Part shown: piece by piece, positions 41,759 through 51,480 of the stretch
Layout of the letters: the number at the start of each line of letters is the position of its first letter
How positions within the stretch are numbered: position 1 is the first letter of the stretch
Source: Alphaproteobacteria bacterium
GTDB taxonomy: Bacteria; Pseudomonadota; Alphaproteobacteria; JANSWW01
DNA length: 64,000 nucleotides
Assembly (NCBI GenBank): GCA_024743275.1
Contig: JANSWW010000007.1
Coordinates: forward strand, 4,256 to 68,255
Reading direction: 5' to 3'
Made by a program: the position numbers and the translations under genes
The notes under the pieces: model-generated
Seen by the model: the letters and a program-made list of their open reading frames with translations, nothing else
Database searches by the model: none
Told to the model about the DNA's origin: nothing

Positions 41759-41978
41759 TTCCCAGGGAGCCCAACTTCACCACAAAGGTTGCGATAGTAC
41801 CTGCGGACAGCGCCCCCACAGTGACAGCGGCGACTTCCAAGTCAACCGCATTCTATGGTTAATTACATGCTTATCTTAATACCCGAAGAATCGTAATTCA
41901 CGCCAAGATCGTGTAACTCGGCGATCCGTACCCGTCGCTCCCGGCGCCGGTATGGATTCCGGTCGCCGATCGGTGAGG

Positions 41979-42764
41979 TCACCGGCCCTTCCAGACCGGA
42001 TCCCGTTTCTCGGCAAAGGCGCGCGCGCCCTCCTTCTGATCCTCGGAACGATAAAGTCGCTCCACGGTTTCGAATTGGCTTTTGGTGATCCTGTTGAGGG
42101 CATCGTGGAACTTCATGCCCTCCGCCTCTCGGACCACTTCTTTGATGGCGGCGAAAACCAACGGCGGTCCGGCGGCGAGGTCGTCCGCGAGTTTCCGCGC
42201 CTCGGCCATGAGATCGTCCGGCGGCACGACCCGGTTGATCAGGCCCCAGCGGGCGGCTTCCTCCGCGTCGAGCCAGCGCCCGGTCAATAGCATCTCCATG
42301 GCGATGTGATAGGGGATCCGCTTCGGCAGCTTGATGGAGGCGGCGTCCGCCACGGTGCCGGAGCGGATTTCCGGAAGGGCGAAGCTGGCATGGTCGGCGG
42401 CAATCAGGATGTCGCCGGACAAGGCGAGTTCCAGCCCGCCGCCACAGCAGATGCCGTTGATCGCCATGATGACCGGCTTGTTGAGCCCGCGCAGTTCCTG
42501 CAGTCCGCCGAATCCCCCAACACCGTAGTCGCCGTCGACCGCATCGCCGTCCGCCGCCGCCTTGAGATCCCAGCCCGGACAGAAGAACTTCTCGCCGGCC
42601 CCGGTGACCACCGCCACCCGCAGGTCCGGGTCGTCGCGGAACGCCGTGAACACCTCTCCCATCACACGGCTGGTGGCCAGGTCGATCGCGTTGGCCTTGG
42701 GACGATCCAGCGTGACCTCCAGCACATGCCCCCGGCGTTCGGTCTTGATCGGGTTATCGGTCAT
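41979..42764 (-). CDS. Enoyl-CoA hydratase, carnitinyl-CoA dehydratase (CaiD)-like
   Basis: LDRPKANAID, FCPGWDLKAA, GGGLELAL and FAEKRDPVWKGR. Confidence 0.88.
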   Translation of the reverse strand: MTDNPIKTERRGHVLEVTLDRPKANAIDLATSRVMGEVFTAFRDDPDLRVAVVTGAGEKFFCPGWDLKAAADGDAVDGDYGVGGFGGLQELRGLNKPVIMAINGICCGGGLELALSGDILIAADHASFALPEIRSGTVADAASIKLPKRIPYHIAMEMLLTGRWLDAEEAARWGLINRVVPPDDLMAEARKLADDLAAGPPLVFAAIKEVVREAEGMKFHDALNRITKSQFETVERLYRSEDQKEGARAFAEKRDPVWKGR

Positions 42765-44814
42765 CCTTGCCTCCCAATTGAACGAGTGCGTCCGCCGCCA
42801 CGGCGCGGTCCGGGCAGCAGATCAATGGGTTTACTTCGGCCTCGATCAAATCCGGAGCCGAGGCCGTCGCATAGGATTGCAGCGCAAGCACCGCCGCGAC
42901 AATGGCGTCCTGGTCCGCCGCGGGTCGGCCGCGATAGCCGGCGAGCAGGCGTTGTATTCCAAGGCGCCGCAACGCCGATAGAACGTCCTCCGCCGTGACC
43001 GGCAGCAGCATCGAGACCCGGTCCTGTACCAGTTCGGCCAGCACACCGCCCGCCGCCAGGGTCATGAGATAGCCATGGGCGGGGTCCCGGGTGACGCCGA
43101 CAAGGAGTTCGGCGACCCCGGTCGACACCATCTCCTCCACCAAGAAACGGGTCGCCGGCATAGCCGCCGCCGCCTTGGTGACGGCCGCCGGCGTCTCCAG
43201 GCCCAGGACGACGGCGCCCGCCTCCGTCTTGTGGGCGATTCCCTCGCCTTTGAGGACGACGGGGAAACCGAGCGTCTCCGCCGCCCGCGCCGCCGCCTCG
43301 GGATCTGCGGCCCGTACGGCCTTCGGGACCGAGAGACCGTGGGCCGCCAGCCCCGCCTTCGCCTCGGCTTCGGAGAGAGCCCGGGCGGGTATGTCCCCCG
43401 CCGCATCGCGCCGTCCCGGGGACAGAACCGGCAAGGGGGGCGGGCGTGGGCGGCCGAGCCAGGCGGCGACTTCCAGGGCCTCGACGGCCTCCGTCATGCC
43501 GCAGAATGGGACCAGGCCGTCGGCGACCAGCGCCTCGGCCATGGCCTCGGGCATATTCTCTGGCAGCGAGGCCATGATCCCCATCGGAACGCCCCGTTTC
43601 GTTCGCGTCGCCTTGACCGCGCGGACGACCTGCAGCCATGGCTCCGCGTCCTCGCCCCCGCGCGGGAAATCCAGGACGACACTGCCGAAGGCGAGTTCGT
43701 CCGGATCCATCATGGCGGTGAAGGTGTCGGTCAGGGCGGTTTCGTTGCGCCAGATATAGGTGTGGTAGTCGAGCGGATTGGCGAGCGCCACCTTCGGTCC
43801 CAGGGCGCCGCGCAGGCCTGACTTTTGCCGATCGTTCAACGGCGGGAAGGTCAGGTTCCGGCCATGGACCAGGTCGGCCATCAGGCTGGCCTCGCCACCC
43901 GAACAGGACAGGCAGGCGATCCGGTCGGACCTCAATGGGCCGGCCACATGCAACAGCTTCAACGTTTCCAGGAAAGCGGTCAGCGTATGGACCTGTCCGA
44001 TCCCCAGCCGGTCGAGCAGAGCGACCGCCCCGGCCTCGCTGCCGGTCAGCGAGGCCGTATGGGTGAGGGTGGCGCCCTGGGCGTGCTCGGACCGGCCGAT
44101 CTTCAGGGCGACGACGGGTTTCCCGCCGCGCCGCGCCCGGGACGCCAGGTCTTCCAGCGCCGCGATGTCGTCGATCCCCTCGATATACAGACCAAGGGCT
44201 GTCACCCGGTCGTCGGCGAGCAGAGCGGCACCGATCTCGGACAATCCGGTCTGCGCCTGATTGCCGACCGTGGCCATATAGGCGATCGGCAGGCCGCGCC
44301 GCTGCATGGTGAGGTTGATGGCGATGTTGGAGGATTGGGCGACGATGGCGACACCCCTTGCCAGAGGGCGCCCGCCATGGAAATCGGGCCACAGGGCCAC
44401 CCGGTCGAGGTAATTGACGATGCCGTAGCAGTTGGGGCCGACAATCCGCATGGTCCCGGCGGCGTCCAGCAGGCGGTTCTGAAGGTCGGCCCCGCCGGCG
44501 CTTTCGTTCTCCGCCTCGCGAAAACCGGAGGCGAAGCAGATCGCCCCGCCCGCTCCGCGATCGGCGAGGGCGGCCACGACCTCGATGGTGGCTTCCCGGT
44601 TGACGGCGATGAAGGCCGCGTCCGGGGCGGCGGGAAGGTCGTCGATGGACCGGTATACCGGCTTCCCCCCGATGGTTTCGCGGGTCGGATGGACGGGCCA
44701 GATCTCTCCGGGGAAGCCGATTTCGACGTTTTGCTCGACGGCACTGGCGGACCAGGCGCCGCCGCCGATGACGGCGACGGTCCGGGGGCGCAACAGCCGG
44801 TCGAGCGGCTGCAT
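42754..44814 (-). CDS. Acetate-CoA ligase (ADP-forming) family acyl-CoA synthetase
   Basis: LLRPRTVAVIG, GPNCYG, THTASL, NPLD, HKTEAG and EVNPL; probable start 44814. Confidence 0.9.
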   Translation of the reverse strand: MQPLDRLLRPRTVAVIGGGAWSASAVEQNVEIGFPGEIWPVHPTRETIGGKPVYRSIDDLPAAPDAAFIAVNREATIEVVAALADRGAGGAICFASGFREAENESAGGADLQNRLLDAAGTMRIVGPNCYGIVNYLDRVALWPDFHGGRPLARGVAIVAQSSNIAINLTMQRRGLPIAYMATVGNQAQTGLSEIGAALLADDRVTALGLYIEGIDDIAALEDLASRARRGGKPVVALKIGRSEHAQGATLTHTASLTGSEAGAVALLDRLGIGQVHTLTAFLETLKLLHVAGPLRSDRIACLSCSGGEASLMADLVHGRNLTFPPLNDRQKSGLRGALGPKVALANPLDYHTYIWRNETALTDTFTAMMDPDELAFGSVVLDFPRGGEDAEPWLQVVRAVKATRTKRGVPMGIMASLPENMPEAMAEALVADGLVPFCGMTEAVEALEVAAWLGRPRPPPLPVLSPGRRDAAGDIPARALSEAEAKAGLAAHGLSVPKAVRAADPEAAARAAETLGFPVVLKGEGIAHKTEAGAVVLGLETPAAVTKAAAAMPATRFLVEEMVSTGVAELLVGVTRDPAHGYLMTLAAGGVLAELVQDRVSMLLPVTAEDVLSALRRLGIQRLLAGYRGRPAADQDAIVAAVLALQSYATASAPDLIEAEVNPLICCPDRAVAADALVQLGGKDDR

Positions 44815-44828
44815 CGGACCCCGGGTCC

Positions 44829-45989
44829 TCAAGATCCGAGCGGCCGCAGCAGGTCGCGGCTGATGATGTGCCGTTGGATTTCCGAGGTACCGTCCCAGAT
44901 CCGCTCGACCCGGGCGTCGCGCCAGAACCGCTCGATGGGGAAGTCGTCCATCAGGCCCATGCCCCCGAAGATCTGCAGAGTCGCATCGGTCACCCGGGCC
45001 AGCATTTCGCTGGCGTAGAGTTTGGCCGATGCGATCTCGCGATTGGCCGGCAGGCCCTGGTCCAGGCGCCAGGCGGCGGCCAGCGTCAGCCAATCGGCCG
45101 CGTCGATCTCGGTCACCATGTCGGCGAGTTGGAAGCTCACGCCCTGGAATTTCCCGATCGGCTGGCCGAACTGCCGCCGCTCGGCGGCGTGGTGGAGGGC
45201 GTAGTCGAAACAGCGCCGGGCCCGGCCGACCGACATGGTCGCGACCGTGATCCGCGTGGCATAGAGCCATTCGTTCATGACGGCGAAGCCGCCGTCGACC
45301 GCGCCCAGGACCTGGCCATCGGGCAGGCGGCAATTGTCGAAGTAGAGGATGCAATTCTTGTAGCCGCGATGGGAGACCGAGTTGTAGCCGTCCCGCACCT
45401 CGAAGCCCGGCGTATCCCGGTCGACCAGGAAGCATGTGATCCGCTTCTTCGGCCCCTTCGGCGTATCGTCGACCCCTGTCGCGACGAAAACGATGAAGAA
45501 GTCGGCGTGGTCGGCGCCGGAGATGAAGTGCTTGGAGCCGTTGATCACCCAGTCCCCGCCGTCGCGGACGGCGGTGCACTTCATCGAGCGGACGTCGGAG
45601 CCGGCATCCGGCTCGGTCATCGCCAGCGCGTCCATCCTCTCCCCGCGCACCGCCGGCAGCAGATAGCGTTCCCGCTGATCGCCGGTACAGGCCATCAGGA
45701 TGTTCTGGGGGCGGCCGAAGAAATGGTTGAGCGCCATGGAGCCGCGGCCAAGCTCCCGCTCGACCAGGGCGAATTCAAGATGGCTCAGGCCGGCGCCGCC
45801 GACCTCCTCCGGGAAGTTGCAGGCGTAGAATCCGAGATCCAGGGTCTTGCGCTTGATCTCCTGGGCGACCTCGGGGGGGACCACGCCGGTCCGCTCGACC
45901 GCCTCCTCATGGGGATAGATCTCGTTCTCGACAAAGGAGCGGACCGTCGAGACGATCATCTCCTGCTCTTCCGTCAGGCCGAATTGCAT
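44829..45989 (-). CDS. Acyl-CoA dehydrogenase
   Basis: AMTEPDAGSD, NGSKHFIS, RRQFGQPI, QIFGGMG and IWDGTSEIQR. Confidence 0.95.
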   Translation of the reverse strand: MQFGLTEEQEMIVSTVRSFVENEIYPHEEAVERTGVVPPEVAQEIKRKTLDLGFYACNFPEEVGGAGLSHLEFALVERELGRGSMALNHFFGRPQNILMACTGDQRERYLLPAVRGERMDALAMTEPDAGSDVRSMKCTAVRDGGDWVINGSKHFISGADHADFFIVFVATGVDDTPKGPKKRITCFLVDRDTPGFEVRDGYNSVSHRGYKNCILYFDNCRLPDGQVLGAVDGGFAVMNEWLYATRITVATMSVGRARRCFDYALHHAAERRQFGQPIGKFQGVSFQLADMVTEIDAADWLTLAAAWRLDQGLPANREIASAKLYASEMLARVTDATLQIFGGMGLMDDFPIERFWRDARVERIWDGTSEIQRHIISRDLLRPLGS

Positions 45990-46073
45990 GCGCCGGTCCT
46001 TCCCCTCGTGCTCCTCGCGGATCTTCGATCAAGATGAACGGAGTTGCGTCCCAGGTTCATGCGGATTTAGGCT

Positions 46074-47039
46074 TTGGTCATGCAGACCACGACAATTCGA
46101 CCGGCGCCGCGTGACATCGCGATTCTTTTGTTCGACCGCTTTTCGAACCATTGCCTGGCCAATGCGGTGGAGCCGTTCCGGGCGGCCAACATGCTGTCGC
46201 GCAAGGAGCTTTATCGCTGGCAGTTCGTCACCTGGGACGGGACGGATGTGGTGTCGTCGAGCGGCCTGCCGGTCACGCCGGGGACCCGGCTCGCGGATCA
46301 TCCGGGCGGGGACTATCTCTTCCTCTTGCCGAGCTACGGCTATGCCGGCGAAACGGGGCCCGACAAGCTGGTGGCTTTGCGCGAGGCCGCACGCCGCTTT
46401 ACGGCGCTGGTGGGCATGGACTGCGGCGCCTGGCTGATGGCGGCGGCCGGGCTGCTCGACGGCCATCGGGCGACGATCCATTGGGACGAGATCGGGCGTT
46501 TCGCGGAGACCTTCCCGGAGGTCGATACGGTCGAGGACCGTTTCGTGCGTGACGGCGACCGGATCACCTGCGGCGGGGCCACGACCACCTTCGAGCTGAC
46601 TTTGGACATGATCCGGCGTCAGCACGGCCCGATGCTGCGGCTGGAAGTGGCGGCCTTGTTCATGCATGGAGAGCGCAGCGATCTTCTCGACCCGCTGCTG
46701 CGCCCGACCTCGGCGCAACGGGTCGACGCGGCGGTCGCCTTGATGCGCCGGCATATCGAGGAGCCCCTGCCGCTGGCGGCCATCGCCGGGCAGGTCGGGG
46801 CGACGCAGAAGACCCTCGAGGGCCTGTTCAAGAAGTCGCTTCGCATGACGCCGCGGACGGTCTACCGGCGGCTCCGCCTGCGCGAGGCGCGCCGTCTGGT
46901 CAAGCATTCGAGGCTGTCGGTGGCGGAGATTGCTGTCCGGTGCGGCTATCAGAACGCCAGCGCGATGACGCGGGCGTTCACCGAGGAATTCGGCCTGCCA
47001 CCACGGGATCTAAGGATGCGCGGGGAGAGGACCCCCTGA
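46074..47039 (+). CDS. GlxA/CdhR-type AraC regulator
   Basis: EPFRAAN, AGLLDG..ATIHW, ITCGG and C-terminal AraC HTH; divergent from the acyl-CoA genes. Confidence 0.92.
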   Translation: MVMQTTTIRPAPRDIAILLFDRFSNHCLANAVEPFRAANMLSRKELYRWQFVTWDGTDVVSSSGLPVTPGTRLADHPGGDYLFLLPSYGYAGETGPDKLVALREAARRFTALVGMDCGAWLMAAAGLLDGHRATIHWDEIGRFAETFPEVDTVEDRFVRDGDRITCGGATTTFELTLDMIRRQHGPMLRLEVAALFMHGERSDLLDPLLRPTSAQRVDAAVALMRRHIEEPLPLAAIAGQVGATQKTLEGLFKKSLRMTPRTVYRRLRLREARRLVKHSRLSVAEIAVRCGYQNASAMTRAFTEEFGLPPRDLRMRGERTP

Positions 47040-47122
47040 GAGGACCCCCTGAGGGGACAAGTGAGGGGGCGGGTGAGGGGCCCTCTCCGGCAGATTGGAT
47101 CCGGCAGATCGAATCAGGTTGG

Positions 47123-47338
47123 TCAGGAGCGGCGGAACTCGGGGACCCGGGCGGTGTTGCGGAAGACCGCATAGCCGGCGAACCCGATCAACGCGACCGC
47201 CGTCACAACACCTTGGAGCCCGATATCCGGGCTACCCAGCTTGGCGAGACCGGCATAAACACCGAGAATGCCAAAGAAGGCGATGAGGAAGCGGGTGACG
47301 CTCTCCTGGGGGAGGGGGAACAGGGTGCTCGGGGTCAT
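47123..47338 (-). CDS. Small two-TM protein
   Basis: GGAGA SD and two hydrophobic helices. Confidence 0.55.
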   Translation of the reverse strand: MTPSTLFPLPQESVTRFLIAFFGILGVYAGLAKLGSPDIGLQGVVTAVALIGFAGYAVFRNTARVPEFRRS

Positions 47339-47472
47339 CTCAGATCTCCAGGTAATATTGTTACCCGGAACATAGGGTCTCCCGCCGGGGAATCACCCGC
47401 CTTTCCGTCGCAGCAAATCTGCAAATGCTGCATAGCAGCATAAACGCTCCGTTAACCCGATGGGAGGACTCT

Positions 47473-48258
47473 ATGGAGTTGGGATTGAAGGGAAAACTGG
47501 CGCTGATCACCGGCGCGTCCAAGGGGATCGGCCGGGGTGTCGCCGAGAGCTTGGCGGCCGAGGGCTGCCATCTTGTCCTGGCGGCGCGGTCGGAGGACCT
47601 GCTGAAGGATGCGGCCGCCCATCTGACCGCCACCTATGGCGTGACGGTGGATATCCAGGTCGCCGATATCGGCGCCCCGGGGATCCCCGCCAAGCTCGCC
47701 GCCCTCGACCCTCTGCCCGATATCCTGGTCAACAATGCCGGCGCCATCCCGGCGGGCGACGTGTTGTCGATCGACGAGGAGACCTGGCGCCATGCCTGGG
47801 AGTTGAAGGTCTTCGGCTATATCAATATGGCCCGTGCCTTCTTCGACCGGATGGCCGCGCGCGGGCATGGCGTGATCTGCAATATCACCGGCCTCGCCGG
47901 CGACAAGATGGATTTCAACTATATCGCCGGCACCACGGGGAATGCCGGCCTCAACGCGTTCTCACGGGCCTTGGGCGGGCATGGAATCGACAGCGGTGTC
48001 AGGGTCTTCGCGGTCAGCCCCGGCCCGGTGCAGACCGACCGGCTGGTCACGCTCCTGAAATCCCGGGCCGAAGCCGAGACCGGCGATCCGGAGCAATGGC
48101 AAAGCTATCTGGGTGGGATGCCGCTGGAGCGCGGCGCCCATGTCCAGGAAGTCGCCGACGTGGTGACCTTTCTGGTCTCGCCGAAGGCCGGCTACGTCAA
48201 CGGCACCGTGGTGACCGTCGACGGTGGCCACGCGGCCCGGGGCGGCAGTTTTCGTTGA
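47473..48258 (+). CDS. Short-chain dehydrogenase/reductase
   Basis: TGASKGIG, LVNNAG, VSPGP and VDGG; atypical YxxxN active site. Confidence 0.92.
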   Translation: MELGLKGKLALITGASKGIGRGVAESLAAEGCHLVLAARSEDLLKDAAAHLTATYGVTVDIQVADIGAPGIPAKLAALDPLPDILVNNAGAIPAGDVLSIDEETWRHAWELKVFGYINMARAFFDRMAARGHGVICNITGLAGDKMDFNYIAGTTGNAGLNAFSRALGGHGIDSGVRVFAVSPGPVQTDRLVTLLKSRAEAETGDPEQWQSYLGGMPLERGAHVQEVADVVTFLVSPKAGYVNGTVVTVDGGHAARGGSFR

Positions 48259-48267
48259 AGGAGTCGG

Positions 48268-48570
48268 TCAGAGGCGCGTGGAATAGGCCTCGATGACCCG
48301 GACGACCTTGTCGCGGATGTCCTTAGGATCCCGGTGAACCTTTAGCGCGGCGGCCTCGCAGGCCCGATCGACGGCTTCCCGCCAGGGGCAGCCGTCGCGC
48401 TTGGCGTCCTTGAAAGTCTCGACGATGAGATCCTCGGTGTTCATGGACAGGCGGCCGGCGAGTTCTTCCTTCAGCCGCTTCTGCTTGTCGCTTTCCGGTT
48501 TCGGTGCATCCGGCCAGGCGCCGGTCAAGGTCGCGCTGCGGTTGGTGGCGGTCTGTTCGTCCATCGACAT
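48268..48570 (-). CDS. Hypothetical protein (100 aa)
   Basis: GAGG SD and host-like codon style; no family recognised. Confidence 0.6.
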   Translation of the reverse strand: MSMDEQTATNRSATLTGAWPDAPKPESDKQKRLKEELAGRLSMNTEDLIVETFKDAKRDGCPWREAVDRACEAAALKVHRDPKDIRDKVVRVIEAYSTRL

Positions 48571-48822
48571 GATTGATCCCTCAAATCCCTCCATCGCCCG
48601 CCTCGACGGGCCTTGTGGAAGAGTTTACGAAGGAAGGGTTAACAAAGGATTACAAACCCAGGTGGCAAAATCGATAATGGGAGCGTTCCGGCGCGCTCAA
48701 CCCTATCCGTATGAAATGATGAGAATAACCGTGCTCTTTCATTAAGTTTTTGCTTAGTTTTATTAAAATGTACAGGAAAGCCTGAGGCTGGCGAAAGCAA
48801 CCCCTGCGGGCTCGATCATGGC

Positions 48823-50688
48823 CTAGTGGACCGTCGCGAGCGCTTCGATGGGCTTGTCTGTTTCGTCGGCCGGGACCTTGATCGTGCCGACCCAGGGCAG
48901 ACGGAGCCGGAACTCCGTGCCGGTCCCGATCTCGCTGGTGAAGCTGATCGACCCGCCCAACCGTTTGGCCAGCTCTTGCGAAACGGAAAGCCCGATTCCC
49001 GCACCATCACTGGCGAGGAAGGGGTCGGCGACACAGCGTTCGAATGCGTCGAAGACCCGCTGCCGGTCGTCGTCGGAAATCCCGATCCCCGTGTCCTTGA
49101 CCGTGATGGTGAACCAGCCGGCATCCGCCGTGCTGCAGCGAATTTCGATGTGTCCGTGGTCCACGTTGAACTTGACCGCGTTGCTGAGCAGATTCATGAG
49201 GATCTGACGCAGCCGGACCGAGTCCGTTTCGATCAGAACGGTCGGGAACGAGGTTATCCCATCGTCGATGACGATTCCTCGTTTTTGCGCAAGCGGATAG
49301 GTCTGCTCCAGGCAATCCGCGACCAGTTGGTTCACGGCCACCACTTCTTGATTGATGGACAGTTTCCCTGCCTCAACACGGGCAAGATCGAGAATGTCGT
49401 TGACCAACGCCAAGAGATGCTCCCCACCCTTGAGGATGCTGTCGAGATAGACCTCCCGTTTTTCCGGTTTTATGCTGACTCCGTCGAGTTTCAGGAGCTG
49501 GCCGTAGCCGAGGATCGCGTTGAGCGGGGTTCTGAGTTCATGGCTCATATTGGCCAGGAAGTCGGACTTGGCCTGGTTGGCGGCGATTGCCTGATTGCGG
49601 GCGGCAATGAGTTCCCTTTCCGCGGCCACCTGATCGGTGACATCGCGGTTGACACCGATCATCCGGATCGCCTCGCCCCGCGCATCGAACAGCGTGGTCG
49701 CGTCCGCCTTGACGTAGCGCGTCTCGCCAGAGGGGGTCATGATGCGGAAGATCGTGTCGAGTTTCTGCTGCTCGTCCATACTGTCCATGACAAGGGAGCG
49801 GGCCATTTCGAGGTCCTCCGGATGGATCCTGCGTTCCCAGTCCTCGTATCGTCCGCTGAAGTGCTCCCTCTCGACGTCGTAGATCCGGAACATGCGGTCG
49901 TCCCAGTAGAGGGTGTTCTTCGTGATATCGTAGTCCCAGATGCCAAGAGACGCAGCGTTGGCGGCCAGTTTGAGCCGGGCCTCGTTCCGGCGGATGTTCT
50001 CTTGGAGGGCGAGGGCATCCTGACGCCACATTGACCCCGCCGCTTCCAGGTCATCGATCTCGTCGCCGCTGGAGGACAGGGCCCGATCCGTCCTTGAGAA
50101 AAGACGTTCGGTGACCGCGGATAGCCGCTTCGTGATCATCTTGTGAAACAAGATTAACAGGAAGAATGCCAGGAGGAGACTCTTGCCGAAGCCGGACAGG
50201 ACGATCCAGATCACCCGGTCCGGCAGCCCATAGGCCGCTTCGATCGGGTTTATGAAGACGGTGAGCGAGCCGACGGGGGCCGGTACGTTGGCAACCGTCA
50301 GGGGTAGCGTCGTCTCGATCGGATCCGATCCGACGAGAAGTCCGATCCAGGCGAGGCCATCCGTATTCACCTCTCTTTCAGCCAGACCCAGCCGGTCATC
50401 GAAATCGTCGATGATCTCCGCTCGAAACAGGCCCGAATCCAAGAGAAGTCCGTCGACCACCTCTTGGGCGACCACCGGATCGAGCCGGTAGGCCGCCCGC
50501 GCGGCCGAGTTCCGGACCGCCTGTGTGAAGGTATAGCCGAGGGCGTTGATCCGCTCGATTTCGCGTTTGACGTCGTAGCGAACCTGCAGGGCGGCGAACA
50601 AAGAGCCAAGCGCCAGCGCGATCAGGACGGCGGCCCGAGCCTGTTTAAAGGAGAGGCGGTGCTTCAGCGGGGTCGTCGTCTTCGTCAA
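48823..50688 (-). CDS. Membrane PAS sensor histidine kinase
   Basis: Two TMs, GIWDYD..IHPED PAS, SHELRTPLNAILG, NAVKF and GIGL. Confidence 0.93.
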   Translation of the reverse strand: MTKTTTPLKHRLSFKQARAAVLIALALGSLFAALQVRYDVKREIERINALGYTFTQAVRNSAARAAYRLDPVVAQEVVDGLLLDSGLFRAEIIDDFDDRLGLAEREVNTDGLAWIGLLVGSDPIETTLPLTVANVPAPVGSLTVFINPIEAAYGLPDRVIWIVLSGFGKSLLLAFFLLILFHKMITKRLSAVTERLFSRTDRALSSSGDEIDDLEAAGSMWRQDALALQENIRRNEARLKLAANAASLGIWDYDITKNTLYWDDRMFRIYDVEREHFSGRYEDWERRIHPEDLEMARSLVMDSMDEQQKLDTIFRIMTPSGETRYVKADATTLFDARGEAIRMIGVNRDVTDQVAAERELIAARNQAIAANQAKSDFLANMSHELRTPLNAILGYGQLLKLDGVSIKPEKREVYLDSILKGGEHLLALVNDILDLARVEAGKLSINQEVVAVNQLVADCLEQTYPLAQKRGIVIDDGITSFPTVLIETDSVRLRQILMNLLSNAVKFNVDHGHIEIRCSTADAGWFTITVKDTGIGISDDDRQRVFDAFERCVADPFLASDGAGIGLSVSQELAKRLGGSISFTSEIGTGTEFRLRLPWVGTIKVPADETDKPIEALATVH

Positions 50689-50703
50689 CCGACGTCTCCC
50701 GGA

Positions 50704-51453
50704 CTACCGATAGCGCTCGAGGATTGCGCGGATGCTGCCATCGGCCTTCATCCCCCGCAATGTGGCGCGATAGGCCGCGACCCGATCGGGTGGATAGTTG
50801 AGACCGGCGACCACATAGACCGGGGCGGTCCGGATTGCTGTTCCGGATGTGAGCGGCTGATCAATGCCCGCCTTCTTCCACGTCCAGACGGCCAGAGAGT
50901 GGGTCAGGGCCCAGGCGTCGATCCGGCCGGCCCTCAGTTTCTGGGCATTGGTGGTCGGGCTATCGACCCGTTCGATATTGGTGAAGCCGATCTTGGTGAG
51001 GAACACGTCCATGCTGGCATCGGTTTCAACGCCGATCCGATCCAGTTTTCGGGCGGCCTCCAGATTGTCGATGGGCGCCCCGACCGTATGGAAGGCGTCA
51101 TAGACGTCGTGGGTATGGGCGATCCAGCGATAGTCCTTCTCCCGCCCCGGCAAGCGGTAAAGCGCCGGCTGCAGAGCGTCGTCCCGGTGGCGAAGGGTCT
51201 TCAAGGCCCTTCGAAACGGTAGGAACTCGATTGTGTTGGATCGCCCGAGGCGGCGGGCCGCCTCCCGCAGGATCTCGATGGAGGACCCCGGCATCTCGGT
51301 CTCTCCGTCGATCATCAAGGGCGGATAATAAGCGGCGATAAAGTGGTCGGCGCCGGAGCGTTCGGCCGCGTGGACGGGCGCCGTCATCAACAGGGCCGCA
51401 ACAGCCAAACGGAGGACAAAGGATCGGGTCACACTGAAAAGCATCTGTCGCAT
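50704..51453 (-). CDS. Periplasmic substrate-binding protein (family 3-like)
   Basis: Signal peptide, YPPL, LPFRRA, GRIDAW and DGSIRAILERY. Confidence 0.85.
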   Translation of the reverse strand: MRQMLFSVTRSFVLRLAVAALLMTAPVHAAERSGADHFIAAYYPPLMIDGETEMPGSSIEILREAARRLGRSNTIEFLPFRRALKTLRHRDDALQPALYRLPGREKDYRWIAHTHDVYDAFHTVGAPIDNLEAARKLDRIGVETDASMDVFLTKIGFTNIERVDSPTTNAQKLRAGRIDAWALTHSLAVWTWKKAGIDQPLTSGTAIRTAPVYVVAGLNYPPDRVAAYRATLRGMKADGSIRAILERYR

Positions 51454-51480
51454 CCCGGTTTCCTCCACCTCACCCGGCAC

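Noticed and set aside
44815..45579. 255-aa N-terminal extension of the CoA ligase (apparent fusion)
   Set aside because: Overlaps the acyl-CoA dehydrogenase in another frame; ligase homology starts at 44814.
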